A stretch of 41,902 bases of DNA, from positions 1 through 41,902 of IMG/VR virus record IMGVR_UViG_3300020043_004206; one strand, given 5' to 3'. This DNA is from a virus (taxonomy: Duplodnaviria; Caudoviricetes). The notes beneath the pieces are model-generated. The model had not been told where the DNA came from. It searched no databases and worked only from the letters and a program-made list of their open reading frames with translations. A program made the translations under genes and the position numbers. Positions 8,422 through 16,485 of the stretch are shown piece after piece (position 1 is the stretch's first letter; each line of letters starts with the position of its first letter).

Positions 8422-8694
8422 TTAGGCGTCAGAAGCGTCGGGATCTTTAATCAAGAAGCATGGCGTGCTGTCGCCGACCCACGCGCTCATCTGGTTAAAC
8501 TCAAAATACTCCTCGGCTTCTTCCCACGTCATGCCGTCGCGCATGAGTGCGGCTATAATTTTTTCGCGGTCATAGCAGACTATTGGCGCCATGGTGCAGC
8601 GTTCGACGATGCCAATAATGCAATCATCGAACCCGTCCATGACGGTGAGATCGTATTCACACTCGTCGGCCAGTTGGTCAATCCACGCTCTCAT
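8422..8694 (-). CDS. Conserved acidic phage protein, about 90 aa
   Basis: DGFDDCIIG...YD...GMTWEEAEEYFEFN...GDSTP pattern, recalled as a common phage family. Start set at MRAW. Confidence 0.7.
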   Translation of the reverse strand: MRAWIDQLADECEYDLTVMDGFDDCIIGIVERCTMAPIVCYDREKIIAALMRDGMTWEEAEEYFEFNQMSAWVGDSTPCFLIKDPDASDA

Positions 8695-8887
8695 TGTCTT
8701 CAATATCCAAAGTCCCATTGGGCAAAACCTGTATCTGGTCCGAGCGGTAGTGCCGGACATGTCCACCGTCTTCGGCGGCCACGCACCAGACATCGTTGGC
8801 GAACCCGCTCATGGCTTGCACATAGATCGGCCATCCGTAGCCGTGCGGCGTCCAGACGGGGAAGGTGCGGGCAAATTCGTGGATCAT
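8678..8887 (-). CDS. Hypothetical phage protein, 69 aa
   Basis: PVWTPHGYG...DVWCV pattern; overlaps the next gene start. Confidence 0.65.
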   Translation of the reverse strand: MIHEFARTFPVWTPHGYGWPIYVQAMSGFANDVWCVAAEDGGHVRHYRSDQIQVLPNGTLDIEDNESVD

Positions 8888-8892
8888 AGGTA

Positions 8893-8995
8893 AAGGGCGA
8901 CAGCCCCCGCTTTTTTTGCGGTTACGGGGGGAGCGGTTATGTCACTACCGGGGCGATTGCCTCCTAGCGCCGCAATACTCGCGTCTGTCGCTTTT
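8893..8995. ncRNA. Candidate structured RNA element
   Basis: Intergenic segment closed by GCGACAG (8897-8903) and CTGTCGC (8985-8991), enclosing several short stems. Confidence 0.3.
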
Positions 8996-8999
8996 GAAA

Positions 9000-9152
9000 T
9001 CATTTAGTTTTCCGTTTGCGCATTTCCGCGCACAAGGCATCAGCCTTTTTCTTGGCCGCTTTGGCAACCATGCTGGCGCGCAATGATTTGAGGCGCATGA
9101 TCTCTTGGTCTATTGCCTCAATCTCCGGTGTCATAATTCGATACTTCTCCAT
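9000..9152 (-). CDS. Small basic coiled-coil protein, about 50 aa
   Basis: ATG lies 4 nt after the upstream stop; helical, Lys-rich. Confidence 0.55.
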   Translation of the reverse strand: MEKYRIMTPEIEAIDQEIMRLKSLRASMVAKAAKKKADALCAEMRKRKTK

Positions 9153-9156
9153 AAAG

Positions 9157-9312
9157 TCAGGGTTGTGTCGTGATGTGCCAAAGGCCGATCTGTGCGACCG
9201 CATAGCCGAACCACACAATGCCGTTCCAAAAGTTGTGCTGTATAAGCATCTGGTCGATGGCCACGGTGAAATACATGAAACCGACGAGAGCGATGAGGAT
9301 GGCGGATGTCAT
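9157..9312 (-). CDS. Small two-helix membrane protein, 51 aa (not in the ORF track)
   Basis: Hand translation MTSAILIALVGFMYFTVAIDQMLIQHNFWNGIVWFGYAVAQIGLWHITTQP; ATGA-coupled to the upstream gene. Confidence 0.7.
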   Translation of the reverse strand: MTSAILIALVGFMYFTVAIDQMLIQHNFWNGIVWFGYAVAQIGLWHITTQP

Positions 9313-9539
9313 GGAAGGAGCGTGTGGCTAGAGGGGTTCAATGCCATAAAGGCTTTTTTCCAGTTGTGCGCCTCAATGCGGGCATCGGCCAACGCACGCT
9401 TGACCTGCTTCAACTCGACCTTCGTTGATTCAAAATACGAATTGTAGAGGTTGCATTTCCGCTCCAAGTCCTGTGCAAACTCGGCCGGCACGACATGGTT
9501 GCCTCGGGCAAGGTTGTCGGTTTCCGGCGTGTCGCTCAT
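9309..9539 (-). CDS. Hypothetical phage protein, 76 aa
   Basis: MSDTPETD...EFAQDLER pattern; ATGA-coupled at both ends. Confidence 0.7.
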   Translation of the reverse strand: MSDTPETDNLARGNHVVPAEFAQDLERKCNLYNSYFESTKVELKQVKRALADARIEAHNWKKAFMALNPSSHTLLP

Positions 9540-9790
9540 TTGTCCCATCCTTCCTTCAAGTGCCCAAAGTCCCGGCATTCCGTAACCTCAATGCCGCTGG
9601 TGTCGCAGACTCCGCAGGTGTCAATGTGCCAAGTGGCGCCGTATGGATTGCCCTCGGGGCGCTTGCCGTGGCGTTGACCGCATGGCTTGCATATCCAGTC
9701 AGGATATGGACGCGAGAAGATCGCATCAAAGTTGCGGCGATAAACCTCACCATTCACCGCACGCGGGGTGTCGCCTTTGCCTGCGCTCAT
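9536..9790 (-). CDS. Hypothetical protein with a C-terminal Zn ribbon, 84 aa
   Basis: GKGDTPR...NFDAIF segment followed by CKPC...CGVC; ATGA-coupled. Confidence 0.7.
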   Translation of the reverse strand: MSAGKGDTPRAVNGEVYRRNFDAIFSRPYPDWICKPCGQRHGKRPEGNPYGATWHIDTCGVCDTSGIEVTECRDFGHLKEGWDK

Positions 9791-10032
9791 TGTTCGGTTT
9801 CCTTCCAGAATTGGTCGAAGTAATGCTGCTCAGTGTCCTGCATGTGCCGCATGGCTTCGGGGTCGGCCGCAATGCGCAAGACATCCCACGATAGTGGGAA
9901 GTGCTTGAGGCGGCGGCGGGCTTCCATGCGGACCTTGCGCGGGATGCGCTTGATCTTGCCGGGGACGCACAGCTCGCTCAGGAAATTGCGGGCTTGCGCG
10001 AGGGCGCGGGCTTGTTCAAGCGGGAGGCTCAT
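9787..10032 (-). CDS. BPSL0761-like small protein, 81 aa
   Basis: MSLPLEQARAL...FL..L...RIPRKVR.EA...LKHFP pattern; ATGA-coupled. Confidence 0.6.
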   Translation of the reverse strand: MSLPLEQARALAQARNFLSELCVPGKIKRIPRKVRMEARRRLKHFPLSWDVLRIAADPEAMRHMQDTEQHYFDQFWKETEQ

Positions 10033-10148
10033 TCTTCGTCCTCCTTGCCGCACTTGATTGCCCAGATGAACATGAATCCATAGGCGGCGAGGGCACCGAT
10101 AAGCATGCCTGCGGCGAGGCCGATGAGGATGTAGCCGGCGGCGGTCAT
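10029..10148 (-). CDS. Single-TM peptide, 39 aa (not in the ORF track)
   Basis: MTAAGYILIGLAAGMLIGALAAYGFMFIWAIKCGKEDEE; fills the gap with ATGA overlaps at both ends. Confidence 0.65.
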   Translation of the reverse strand: MTAAGYILIGLAAGMLIGALAAYGFMFIWAIKCGKEDEE

Positions 10149-10393
10149 TCGTGGACCCTCCTCCACTTATCTTTCCACATCGACCTCGCCATCGTGGCGG
10201 ACTTCTCGGCGACCGCTTCTTCGCTCATGTCGGGGCAGACATGGTGCAGCAACTCATGCAGAACCGTGTCTAGCTCGTCTGCGCCGCTCTGGCGGGGATC
10301 GATGTAGACTTTGCCGTCGCCCATGGTCATCCCGTCCGCTTTTTCGCGGCCGAGCTTCTTTCGGACGATGGCTATGGTTCGGCGCGGTGGCAT
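10145..10393 (-). CDS. Small HExxH metallopeptidase-like protein, 82 aa
   Basis: YIDPRQ...DTVLHELLH...EEAV zincin-like motif. Confidence 0.65.
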   Translation of the reverse strand: MPPRRTIAIVRKKLGREKADGMTMGDGKVYIDPRQSGADELDTVLHELLHHVCPDMSEEAVAEKSATMARSMWKDKWRRVHE

Positions 10394-10394
10394 G

Positions 10395-10550
10395 TTAATC
10401 CTCTTGGTTGTCGCGGTGGTAGGAAGCGCGGGGGTTGTCAAAGAAGTTGCGCACGGGATTGCCGCGAAAGTCGTGCCACCAGTCGCTGCGGGTGCAAGGC
10501 GTGGCCGGCGACTCGTCCTGATTGTCAGCGTCGAACTGCTGCTGGTTCAT
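10395..10550 (-). CDS. Hypothetical protein, 51 aa (not in the ORF track)
   Basis: MNQQQFDAD...HRDNQED; AGGAGG RBS and ATGA overlap with the upstream gene. Confidence 0.55.
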   Translation of the reverse strand: MNQQQFDADNQDESPATPCTRSDWWHDFRGNPVRNFFDNPRASYHRDNQED

Positions 10551-10735
10551 GTCCCGGCCTCCTTGGCGCAAGAATCCAGCGCATGGTTATTCTTGCGGCG
10601 GTCATCTAGCTCCTTGCGGAACTCTTTGAGCGCATCGGGGACAATAGCCGTCCACCAGCCGAGCGCCCAGACGAGGTCCAAGGTCATCTGGCTACTGAAC
10701 ATGAGGGCCGACACGATGGGGTCTTTGTCGTTCAT
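10547..10735 (-). CDS. Hypothetical protein, 62 aa
   Basis: ATGA-coupled to the exonuclease stop. Confidence 0.55.
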   Translation of the reverse strand: MNDKDPIVSALMFSSQMTLDLVWALGWWTAIVPDALKEFRKELDDRRKNNHALDSCAKEAGT

Positions 10736-11562
10736 GCCGCATCCTTGAGTGTGCTGAACACAGGTTTCCTCGGGTCGTAACCCTTGATGTGGCGCCACAT
10801 CACGGCAGCCGCCTTGAACGCTTCCCAATGCGGCAGCAGGGACTTGTGCTCGTAGCCTTCGACGCGGCCGACTTCGGTGGTCGAGATATAGACGTTGAAC
10901 GCCTTTACCCTCGGCAACATGTCCTCGCCGTAATGGGCAACAGCATAGGCGGCGAGCTGCATCCCCTGAGTGTCATAGGGCTTGCAGGCTTGGCCGGCCT
11001 TGGTCTTGCGGGTCTTGTAATCCAGAACCACGGGGCTGCCATCGGCATCGTGCCCGAGCACATCGCAGCGACCGGCATAGCCGATCTCGGTGTTGACCAA
11101 GACGGTCTCAATGTGGACGTAGGAGATTTTTGCCGCCTTCTTCCATGCGACAACAGGCTCAACATAGGGCCACATGGCCTCGCTGATGGCGTCGGGCCCA
11201 TCGGTAAGCAGCTTCTCCAGCGCATCGTGGACCTTGCTGCCCAAGTCGGCTGCCCCGGCCACGGACTGGTGGCTGGCATTGATGATGCGCTCGCTAAAGT
11301 ATTCCAGCGACTCCTCACCGTTGGGCGGGTTTTCAAAGGCAGCGGCGGCGACCTGTGCCGCTTTCCAGTTCATTAACGCCGGCTTGGCGATGATGTCGGT
11401 GATCCCGGTGACAGAGGGGAGAAGCCCGAGCTTCTTGGCGTCGGCCAGCGTGGTGTCGCGCAAGCCTTTGCCGTCTGCCTTGGGCACTTGGTGAAGGGGC
11501 GTGCCGTCCGGCTTATACCAGTGACCGCCACCCATGTTTTTGTTTTCTACGAGAATTGCCAT
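10732..11562 (-). CDS. PD-(D/E)XK exonuclease, about 276 aa
   Basis: LPSVTGI, GSKVH, E...YAGRCD...LDYKT and QLAAYA motifs. Confidence 0.85.
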   Translation of the reverse strand: MAILVENKNMGGGHWYKPDGTPLHQVPKADGKGLRDTTLADAKKLGLLPSVTGITDIIAKPALMNWKAAQVAAAAFENPPNGEESLEYFSERIINASHQSVAGAADLGSKVHDALEKLLTDGPDAISEAMWPYVEPVVAWKKAAKISYVHIETVLVNTEIGYAGRCDVLGHDADGSPVVLDYKTRKTKAGQACKPYDTQGMQLAAYAVAHYGEDMLPRVKAFNVYISTTEVGRVEGYEHKSLLPHWEAFKAAAVMWRHIKGYDPRKPVFSTLKDAA

Positions 11563-11580
11563 AACTGTGTGAGTGAAGTG

Positions 11581-11602
11581 GGGAGGGCCACACGGCCCTC
11601 CC
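11581..11602. other. Perfect GC-rich hairpin
   Basis: GGGAGGGCC-ACAC-GGCCCTCCC, intergenic, with no U-tract. Confidence 0.55.
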
Positions 11603-11614
11603 CTGATGGACACA

Positions 11615-11803
11615 CTACCGACCCAATTTGCTGCGGTGCCAGAGGTAGACCCCTTTGTAGGTCTTCTCCTGCTGAACATCCCTGTTGGCTGCGACCGCGT
11701 CCTTGACGAAGGACGGGATCATGTATTCCTCAAATGGCTGGAAAGGCCCTGCGAGGCAGGTGAAACCCTGCTTGGATAGTTGAGATTGGCCGACGATGCT
11801 CAT
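11615..11803 (-). CDS. Hypothetical protein, 62 aa
   Basis: Starts 2 nt after the upstream stop. Confidence 0.6.
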   Translation of the reverse strand: MSIVGQSQLSKQGFTCLAGPFQPFEEYMIPSFVKDAVAANRDVQQEKTYKGVYLWHRSKLGR

Positions 11804-11805
11804 AA

Positions 11806-12285
11806 TTAAAATGGGATGTCTTCGCCGCTGTTGTCGTTACCGCCGAAGTCTTCAACCTTCGGCACCTTGCCCATCAGCTCCTCCATCACTTCCGAGATGG
11901 TGCCGATGTTCATGTAGGTGCGGTCTCCGCGATTGTCCTCGACGACCGTGATGTAGGCCGGCCGGCCCTTGAGAGTTTCAGTCTCAAAGTTGGGCTTGGG
12001 CGCCTCGCCGATCCAGCTCACCAAGAACGCACGCAAGGCGCTGTTCTCATGGTTGCTGATCTTCATGGGCTTGCTGGCAATCTTGCGCAGCGAGCCGTCC
12101 TTCAGCTTCACGCCGAAGACGAAGCGGGTCAGGTTGACCGTCTCCATCTCTTCGCTCTCATACTTGCGGCGCTGGACGTTGTATTGGTCGATCACGTCGA
12201 GGCAGACCGCGACGTAGGTGTTCTTCGGCGGCGGCTCGCCAAGGTTGGAGAGTGCCGATGTTTTGTTTTCTGGTATTTTAGCCAT
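11806..12285 (-). CDS. Single-stranded DNA-binding-like protein, about 159 aa
   Basis: Acidic C-terminal EDIPF tail, beta-rich core and location in the replication module. Start at MAKIP after an AC-rich leader. Confidence 0.7.
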   Translation of the reverse strand: MAKIPENKTSALSNLGEPPPKNTYVAVCLDVIDQYNVQRRKYESEEMETVNLTRFVFGVKLKDGSLRKIASKPMKISNHENSALRAFLVSWIGEAPKPNFETETLKGRPAYITVVEDNRGDRTYMNIGTISEVMEELMGKVPKVEDFGGNDNSGEDIPF

Positions 12286-12286
12286 G

Positions 12287-12652
12287 TTATTTGTGTGTGT
12301 TTGTTTGTGTTGTTGTGTGTGCTTGTGCAGCAACGAAATCGGAGTGCGCGATGAGCGTGAGCAGGTCCTTGAAGCGCAAGGTGGCCAAGGGCTCCTCGTT
12401 GTTGCGCTTGTGCCCGACCACAGGGAAGGGTTTTGCCCCGGCATCGCGGACGGCTTGCGCCATCCAGTCTTTGATTTTCACCACTTGGCAAAACTTGATC
12501 TCCCAATGAAAGTCGGGCAGGGCAGGGACCACCACGTCAGGGCTGTCTGTTCCGCCGCTGAATTGCTGCCCACGGCGAGCCTCAAAGCCTGCTTCGCGGA
12601 ACATGTCGCGGAACATGCGCTCTCCTCTGGCTCCTTTTTGGCGGCTATTCAT
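12287..12652 (-). CDS. Holliday junction resolvase-like PD-(D/E)XK nuclease, 121 aa
   Basis: NSRQKGARGER...GF.ARR...PD...EIK pattern. Confidence 0.8.
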   Translation of the reverse strand: MNSRQKGARGERMFRDMFREAGFEARRGQQFSGGTDSPDVVVPALPDFHWEIKFCQVVKIKDWMAQAVRDAGAKPFPVVGHKRNNEEPLATLRFKDLLTLIAHSDFVAAQAHTTTQTNTHK

Positions 12653-14042
12653 TGAGGAGGGCGTTGATTTCGTGCAGGTCGATCTGGGTGGCCTGCTGCG
12701 TTGCGGGTTCGTCCGTCAGGCGCGTGATCTGCGCGCCGTCAAATCTCGTCCACTCGGGATGCCAGACCATTTGCATCGTGCCGGTCTTGCCCTCACGGTG
12801 CTTGGCGACATCCCACTCGGCCGGCTGGGGCTCGGAGTTGCCGCCGGTCTTGTCGTAGTAACCCTCGCGGTAAATGGTGGTCACAATGTCGGCATCCTGC
12901 TCCAAGCTGCCAGAGTCGCGGAGGTCGGAGAGTTTCGGGCGTGCGTCTGACCGCCCCTCGACGGCGCGGTTGAGCTGGGCGGCGGCGATGACCGGGATGT
13001 CCAACTCCATGGCCATGGCCTTGAGGCCGCGACTGACCATGCCGACTTCGTTCTCGCGGCTCTTAATCGTCGCCCCGGCCACGCGGATCAGGCCGAGATA
13101 GTCGATCAGGATGCACTTGATGCCGTGCTTACGGACCTCGCGGCGGGCGCGGGCGCGGAGTTCGTAAATGGTCGGGGCCTCGCTGTCGTCAATAAAGAGC
13201 GGCTGGCTGGCCAAGTTCATGCTCTCAATCCCAAGGCGCCGCTGCTCGTCCTTGCCCACGGCGCCGTTGCGCAGGCGGGTGCTGCTGACCTTGGCGCGGG
13301 AGCAAATGATGCGCTTCATCAGGTCGTTGCGCTTCATCTCCAAGCTGTAGATGAGCACAGGCACTCCCCGGCAGACCATCCGGTCGGCGATATTAAGCAG
13401 CATCGCGCTCTTGCCCATGCCGGGGCGGGCGGCAACCAAGGCCAACTGACCGCCACGAAGCCCGCCTGTCATGTAGTCAAAGTCGCGGTAGCCGGTGGCC
13501 ACACCTCGCGGCTTGCCCTTTTCGGCAATGGCGCGCTCCATATCTGCCATGACGCCATGAATCATCTCGCTCGCGGCGGCGGCCGAATCGCGCCTGCCGC
13601 TCATGTCCACACCAAGGATGCTCTCGCCGGCCTGCGCCAACGCTTCCTCGACATCAACGCTCGGGTCCTTGGCCGCTATCGTCATGCGCCCCGCCGCATC
13701 AATGATCCGGCGCCGCGCCATGAAGTCGCGCAGAATGCGAATGTGGTAGCTGATGTCGCGGCCGCCGCAGTTGCTATACATTTCCGTCAGCACACCGGGA
13801 CCGCCGACCGCTTCCAGCTCGCCGCGCTGAGTGAGGCGCTGCGTGACGGTGAGAAGATCGGGCGATCCCCCGCTTGCGCGGATGGCGACGATGGCCGCCA
13901 AGATGGTCTGATGCGCGGGGAGGAAAAAGTATTCGGCGTTCAGCTCGTCGCACTCGTCAATCAAGTCGGAGTGCAGCATGAGCGATCCGAGGATGTAGCT
14001 CTCGGCGCCCGTGTCGTGCGGAATGACGGATTGTTTTTTCAT
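12645..14042 (-). CDS. dnaB: Replicative DNA helicase, 465 aa
   Basis: AARPGMGKS, SLEM, IDYLGL, AQLNR, LSDLRDSGSLEQDAD and AKHREG motifs. Confidence 0.96.
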   Translation of the reverse strand: MKKQSVIPHDTGAESYILGSLMLHSDLIDECDELNAEYFFLPAHQTILAAIVAIRASGGSPDLLTVTQRLTQRGELEAVGGPGVLTEMYSNCGGRDISYHIRILRDFMARRRIIDAAGRMTIAAKDPSVDVEEALAQAGESILGVDMSGRRDSAAAASEMIHGVMADMERAIAEKGKPRGVATGYRDFDYMTGGLRGGQLALVAARPGMGKSAMLLNIADRMVCRGVPVLIYSLEMKRNDLMKRIICSRAKVSSTRLRNGAVGKDEQRRLGIESMNLASQPLFIDDSEAPTIYELRARARREVRKHGIKCILIDYLGLIRVAGATIKSRENEVGMVSRGLKAMAMELDIPVIAAAQLNRAVEGRSDARPKLSDLRDSGSLEQDADIVTTIYREGYYDKTGGNSEPQPAEWDVAKHREGKTGTMQMVWHPEWTRFDGAQITRLTDEPATQQATQIDLHEINALLNE

Positions 14043-14131
14043 AACAGCGGGGGGTTCCCGTCGTCCTCAAACACCAACGCGATCACGATGAGCGCGAGGA
14101 AGAAAACGATGACGTGTGCGAAGGTGAACAT
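14039..14131 (-). CDS. Single-TM peptide, 30 aa (not in the ORF track)
   Basis: MFTFAHVIVFFLALIVIALVFEDDGNPPLL; its TGA overlaps the dnaB ATG. Confidence 0.55.
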   Translation of the reverse strand: MFTFAHVIVFFLALIVIALVFEDDGNPPLL

Positions 14132-14150
14132 AACAACTGTGCGTGTTTGT

Positions 14151-14177
14151 ATGCTAACGTGTGCTGTCTGGCAACAA
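14151..14177 (-). promoter_or_regulatory. Candidate promoter upstream of the dnaB cluster
   Basis: TTGTTG-15 nt-TAGCAT preceded by an A-tract. The spacer is short and contains AGCACAC. Confidence 0.3.
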
Positions 14178-14366
14178 GTTTTTTCGAGAAACTTTTAAGG
14201 CCCTTCTCCGCGCCCAAAAACGGTCGCACGCCTCCCGCACCGAGCGGAGCAAATGCTCCGTCTCGGGCGAGGGGGTTCCGTCCGGCAGGAAGGCTAGAAC
14301 TTCCCCGTTCTTGCGAGCGGTGGCGCCGTCAAGCTGCTCATGGAGCCATGCGTCCCGGTTGTTCAT
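14154..14366 (-). CDS. Hypothetical protein, about 70 aa
   Basis: Start MNNRD is ATGA-coupled to the upstream gene. Confidence 0.55.
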   Translation of the reverse strand: MNNRDAWLHEQLDGATARKNGEVLAFLPDGTPSPETEHLLRSVREACDRFWARRRALKVSRKNLLPDSTR

Positions 14367-14560
14367 CGGGAGAGCGGGACAGCGTCCGCGTGGTCGCCGT
14401 AGCGCGCCAAGACCCTGCGCATCGCAGCGCAATCCTCGGCAAGCTTGGAGACCTGTCTCTCCAAGTCGAGAATGCGCAAGGTCTGCGCGAGCGATGCCTC
14501 GTCTGGCGTTAAGTTATTGCCGAAGCCAACCTCGCCAACAACGTAGTCGGCGGGGCTCAT
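14363..14560 (-). CDS. Hypothetical coiled-coil protein, 65 aa
   Basis: Start MSPAD is ATGA-coupled. Confidence 0.6.
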   Translation of the reverse strand: MSPADYVVGEVGFGNNLTPDEASLAQTLRILDLERQVSKLAEDCAAMRRVLARYGDHADAVPLSR

Positions 14561-14784
14561 TTCTGGTCTTTCACCATTTGTTCGACCTTCGTGTCCAACC
14601 AATGGTCAATGGCAATCAGTGCGCCTGCCGCTGCTTGCAGCATGGAGCGAAGATCGGCCACGCTGTAGGATTTCTGGGCGATGGGTTTCCGCTTCAACGA
14701 GGAAGCGGCTTTTTTTGTGGGTTTGCGGTTAGGCATAAATTCGCGGGGAATATGGGGCAGGGGGTAGGACATTGGCCGTCCCAT
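14557..14784 (-). CDS. Hypothetical basic protein (start uncertain, possibly 14736)
   Basis: Co-oriented ORF whose stop overlaps the next start. Confidence 0.5.
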   Translation of the reverse strand: MGRPMSYPLPHIPREFMPNRKPTKKAASSLKRKPIAQKSYSVADLRSMLQAAAGALIAIDHWLDTKVEQMVKDQK

Positions 14785-14834
14785 GTATTAAGGGGTTAAT
14801 CGGTTGTTAATAACTGCGAAGTGGTTACTCGCTG

Positions 14835-14847
14835 AAAAAAAAAAAAA
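14835..14847. repeat. A13 homopolymer, intergenic
   Basis: 13 consecutive A in a GC-rich genome. Confidence 0.9.
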
Positions 14848-14858
14848 CAACTTCTTTA

Positions 14859-15329
14859 TCAGATTGTGGCGGCGATTTCGTCTAGGAGTTCCCAGTTGTC
14901 GGGGGCGCGGTGAATCTCGGGACTGTATCTCAGCGTCACTCGCCCCTTCAGATCTTCGATTGACCACAACACAAACTTGTTGGCGTCTGGCAGATAAGCG
15001 GCAAGAACGTGAAAGTCGCCGAGGCTATACGCACGCTTGTTTGAGCAGCCTTTCCCGATATTGATGGCGTAACTGTTGCTGCGGTTAGGGTCTCTTCTTG
15101 CCGTCTTTACCTGCGCAAGCATCGGGCTGCTGCCGCTTTTTACGAGGCACATGTCCGCCGTCTGCGCGTGACCGAAGGGCTTAAAGACTTCGTAGTTTCT
15201 CATCTGCGCCCCGGCGATAAACAGCGCCTCGGCCACATCCCCCTTGCGGCATGCCGACAGCTCGATGCGCCCACCCGTAGCTGGACCATGCTCCCCATCC
15301 TCCACCGCAAACAGGATCGGCTGCGTCAT
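14859..15329 (-). CDS. Free-standing PD-(D/E)XK endonuclease (PDDEXK_5/homing-like), 156 aa
   Basis: KGDVAE...F...PFG...D......QVKTA...Y...DF...AAY pattern. Confidence 0.7.
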   Translation of the reverse strand: MTQPILFAVEDGEHGPATGGRIELSACRKGDVAEALFIAGAQMRNYEVFKPFGHAQTADMCLVKSGSSPMLAQVKTARRDPNRSNSYAINIGKGCSNKRAYSLGDFHVLAAYLPDANKFVLWSIEDLKGRVTLRYSPEIHRAPDNWELLDEIAATI

Positions 15330-16060
15330 TCCCCCACCGCCTTCCTGATCTCAGCCAGCTCCCGATCCCAAGCCGACTGCCCCGCCGGTTGCGGCTTGTT
15401 AATGACAATAGGGCGCTCGGCCTTGGCGTTGCGGACAAAGGCCATGAACTGGCGGCGACTGGCCACCTTGCCCCGCTCCCGGCACCAGATCACACAGCGG
15501 TCAAAGAGAAGCGGGATGTCAATATGGGGATGCTGAACGGCAAGGCGCCCCATCCACTCATCGTCGGTCAACCCCTTGCCGAGAACGTCTTCGCGTTTTG
15601 GCTGCGAAGTTCTTTTTCCAATCCCAGAGGGTGGCGAATTGGATTCTTTGACTACGGTTAGCTGTGGCGGGTTGGGGGACTGAGCCGAAGGCGAAGTCCT
15701 TATAGTATTAGTATTGTTATGTATTGTTGATTGGTCAGTTTGACCATTGACAGTTGTCAAATTGACCATATTGTCATTTTGACCATTGTGGATTTTTGGG
15801 AGCTTCCACTCATTTGCGTCACGACTTCCGGCTCCAAAGTCTCCTTGGGAAATCTGCTGCAACTCGCCAGAAGCCATCAGAGACCGGAAGCTGCGATAGA
15901 TCGTCTTGATCCCCAGCTTCGTCTTCTTGGCCAAAACCGCATACGAGGCATAACACTCAGCCTTCTCATTACAGAAGTCCGCCAAGGCCAACAGGACAAG
16001 GCGATCCGACCCTGACGACTCACTGTGCTTCCAAACCCAGTTAGTGGCTTCTGCGCTCAT
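15326..16060 (-). CDS. Phage replication initiator (N-terminal winged HTH, lambda O-like organisation), 244 aa
   Basis: MS.EA..WVW...RLVLLALAD......C..S...LAKKT.L...TI.R N-terminus; internal iterons and an AT-rich segment. Confidence 0.8.
   Translation of the reverse strand: MSAEATNWVWKHSESSGSDRLVLLALADFCNEKAECYASYAVLAKKTKLGIKTIYRSFRSLMASGELQQISQGDFGAGSRDANEWKLPKIHNGQNDNMVNLTTVNGQTDQSTIHNNTNTIRTSPSAQSPNPPQLTVVKESNSPPSGIGKRTSQPKREDVLGKGLTDDEWMGRLAVQHPHIDIPLLFDRCVIWCRERGKVASRRQFMAFVRNAKAERPIVINKPQPAGQSAWDRELAEIRKAVGE
15701..15785. promoter_or_regulatory. Probable replication origin: three 15-bp iterons plus an AT-rich stretch
   Basis: TGGTCA-GTT-TGACCA (15732-15746), TTGTCA-AAT-TGACCA (15754-15768) and TTGTCA-TTT-TGACCA (15771-15785), next to AT-rich 15701-15730, all inside the initiator gene. 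Confidence 0.75.
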
Positions 16061-16467
16061 TTACGCCTCCATTTGGGACCACGTTCCTTTGTGCTAAATT
16101 CTAGGTTCCCACTACTGTCGGCCCTCACATACTGACAGTGTATCGTGGACCCCGCCGGCCAATCCGACTGACTGCCCACCGCCACCTTGACCGGCTCCGA
16201 CCACCCAGCCACCGCCGCCCAAACAAACCTCGGGTTCACCATCTGCCTGTTGCTTACACGCGCCGATACCTCGTCACCCACATTCCACCCGACCTGCTTG
16301 GCCACCTCCTCTGTAAATGCCTTCTCATCGTAGGCCGGCGGCTCTGTCGGCTCGGGACCTACAGTAATCGGCTCAACTACCTCGGCAATCGGCTCATCTT
16401 GGGGGCGCATGTGCTGGGCAAACATCTGCTTCAGCTTGTCGCGGTGGGCTTTTAGGGTGGATTTCAT
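16057..16467 (-). CDS. Hypothetical protein, 136 aa
   Basis: ATGA-coupled to the initiator gene. Confidence 0.7.
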   Translation of the reverse strand: MKSTLKAHRDKLKQMFAQHMRPQDEPIAEVVEPITVGPEPTEPPAYDEKAFTEEVAKQVGWNVGDEVSARVSNRQMVNPRFVWAAVAGWSEPVKVAVGSQSDWPAGSTIHCQYVRADSSGNLEFSTKERGPKWRRK

Positions 16468-16485
16468 GGTGTAATGGGTTGGGGG

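Noticed and set aside
13125-14198. 357-aa plus-strand ORF
   Set aside because: Antisense shadow of dnaB.
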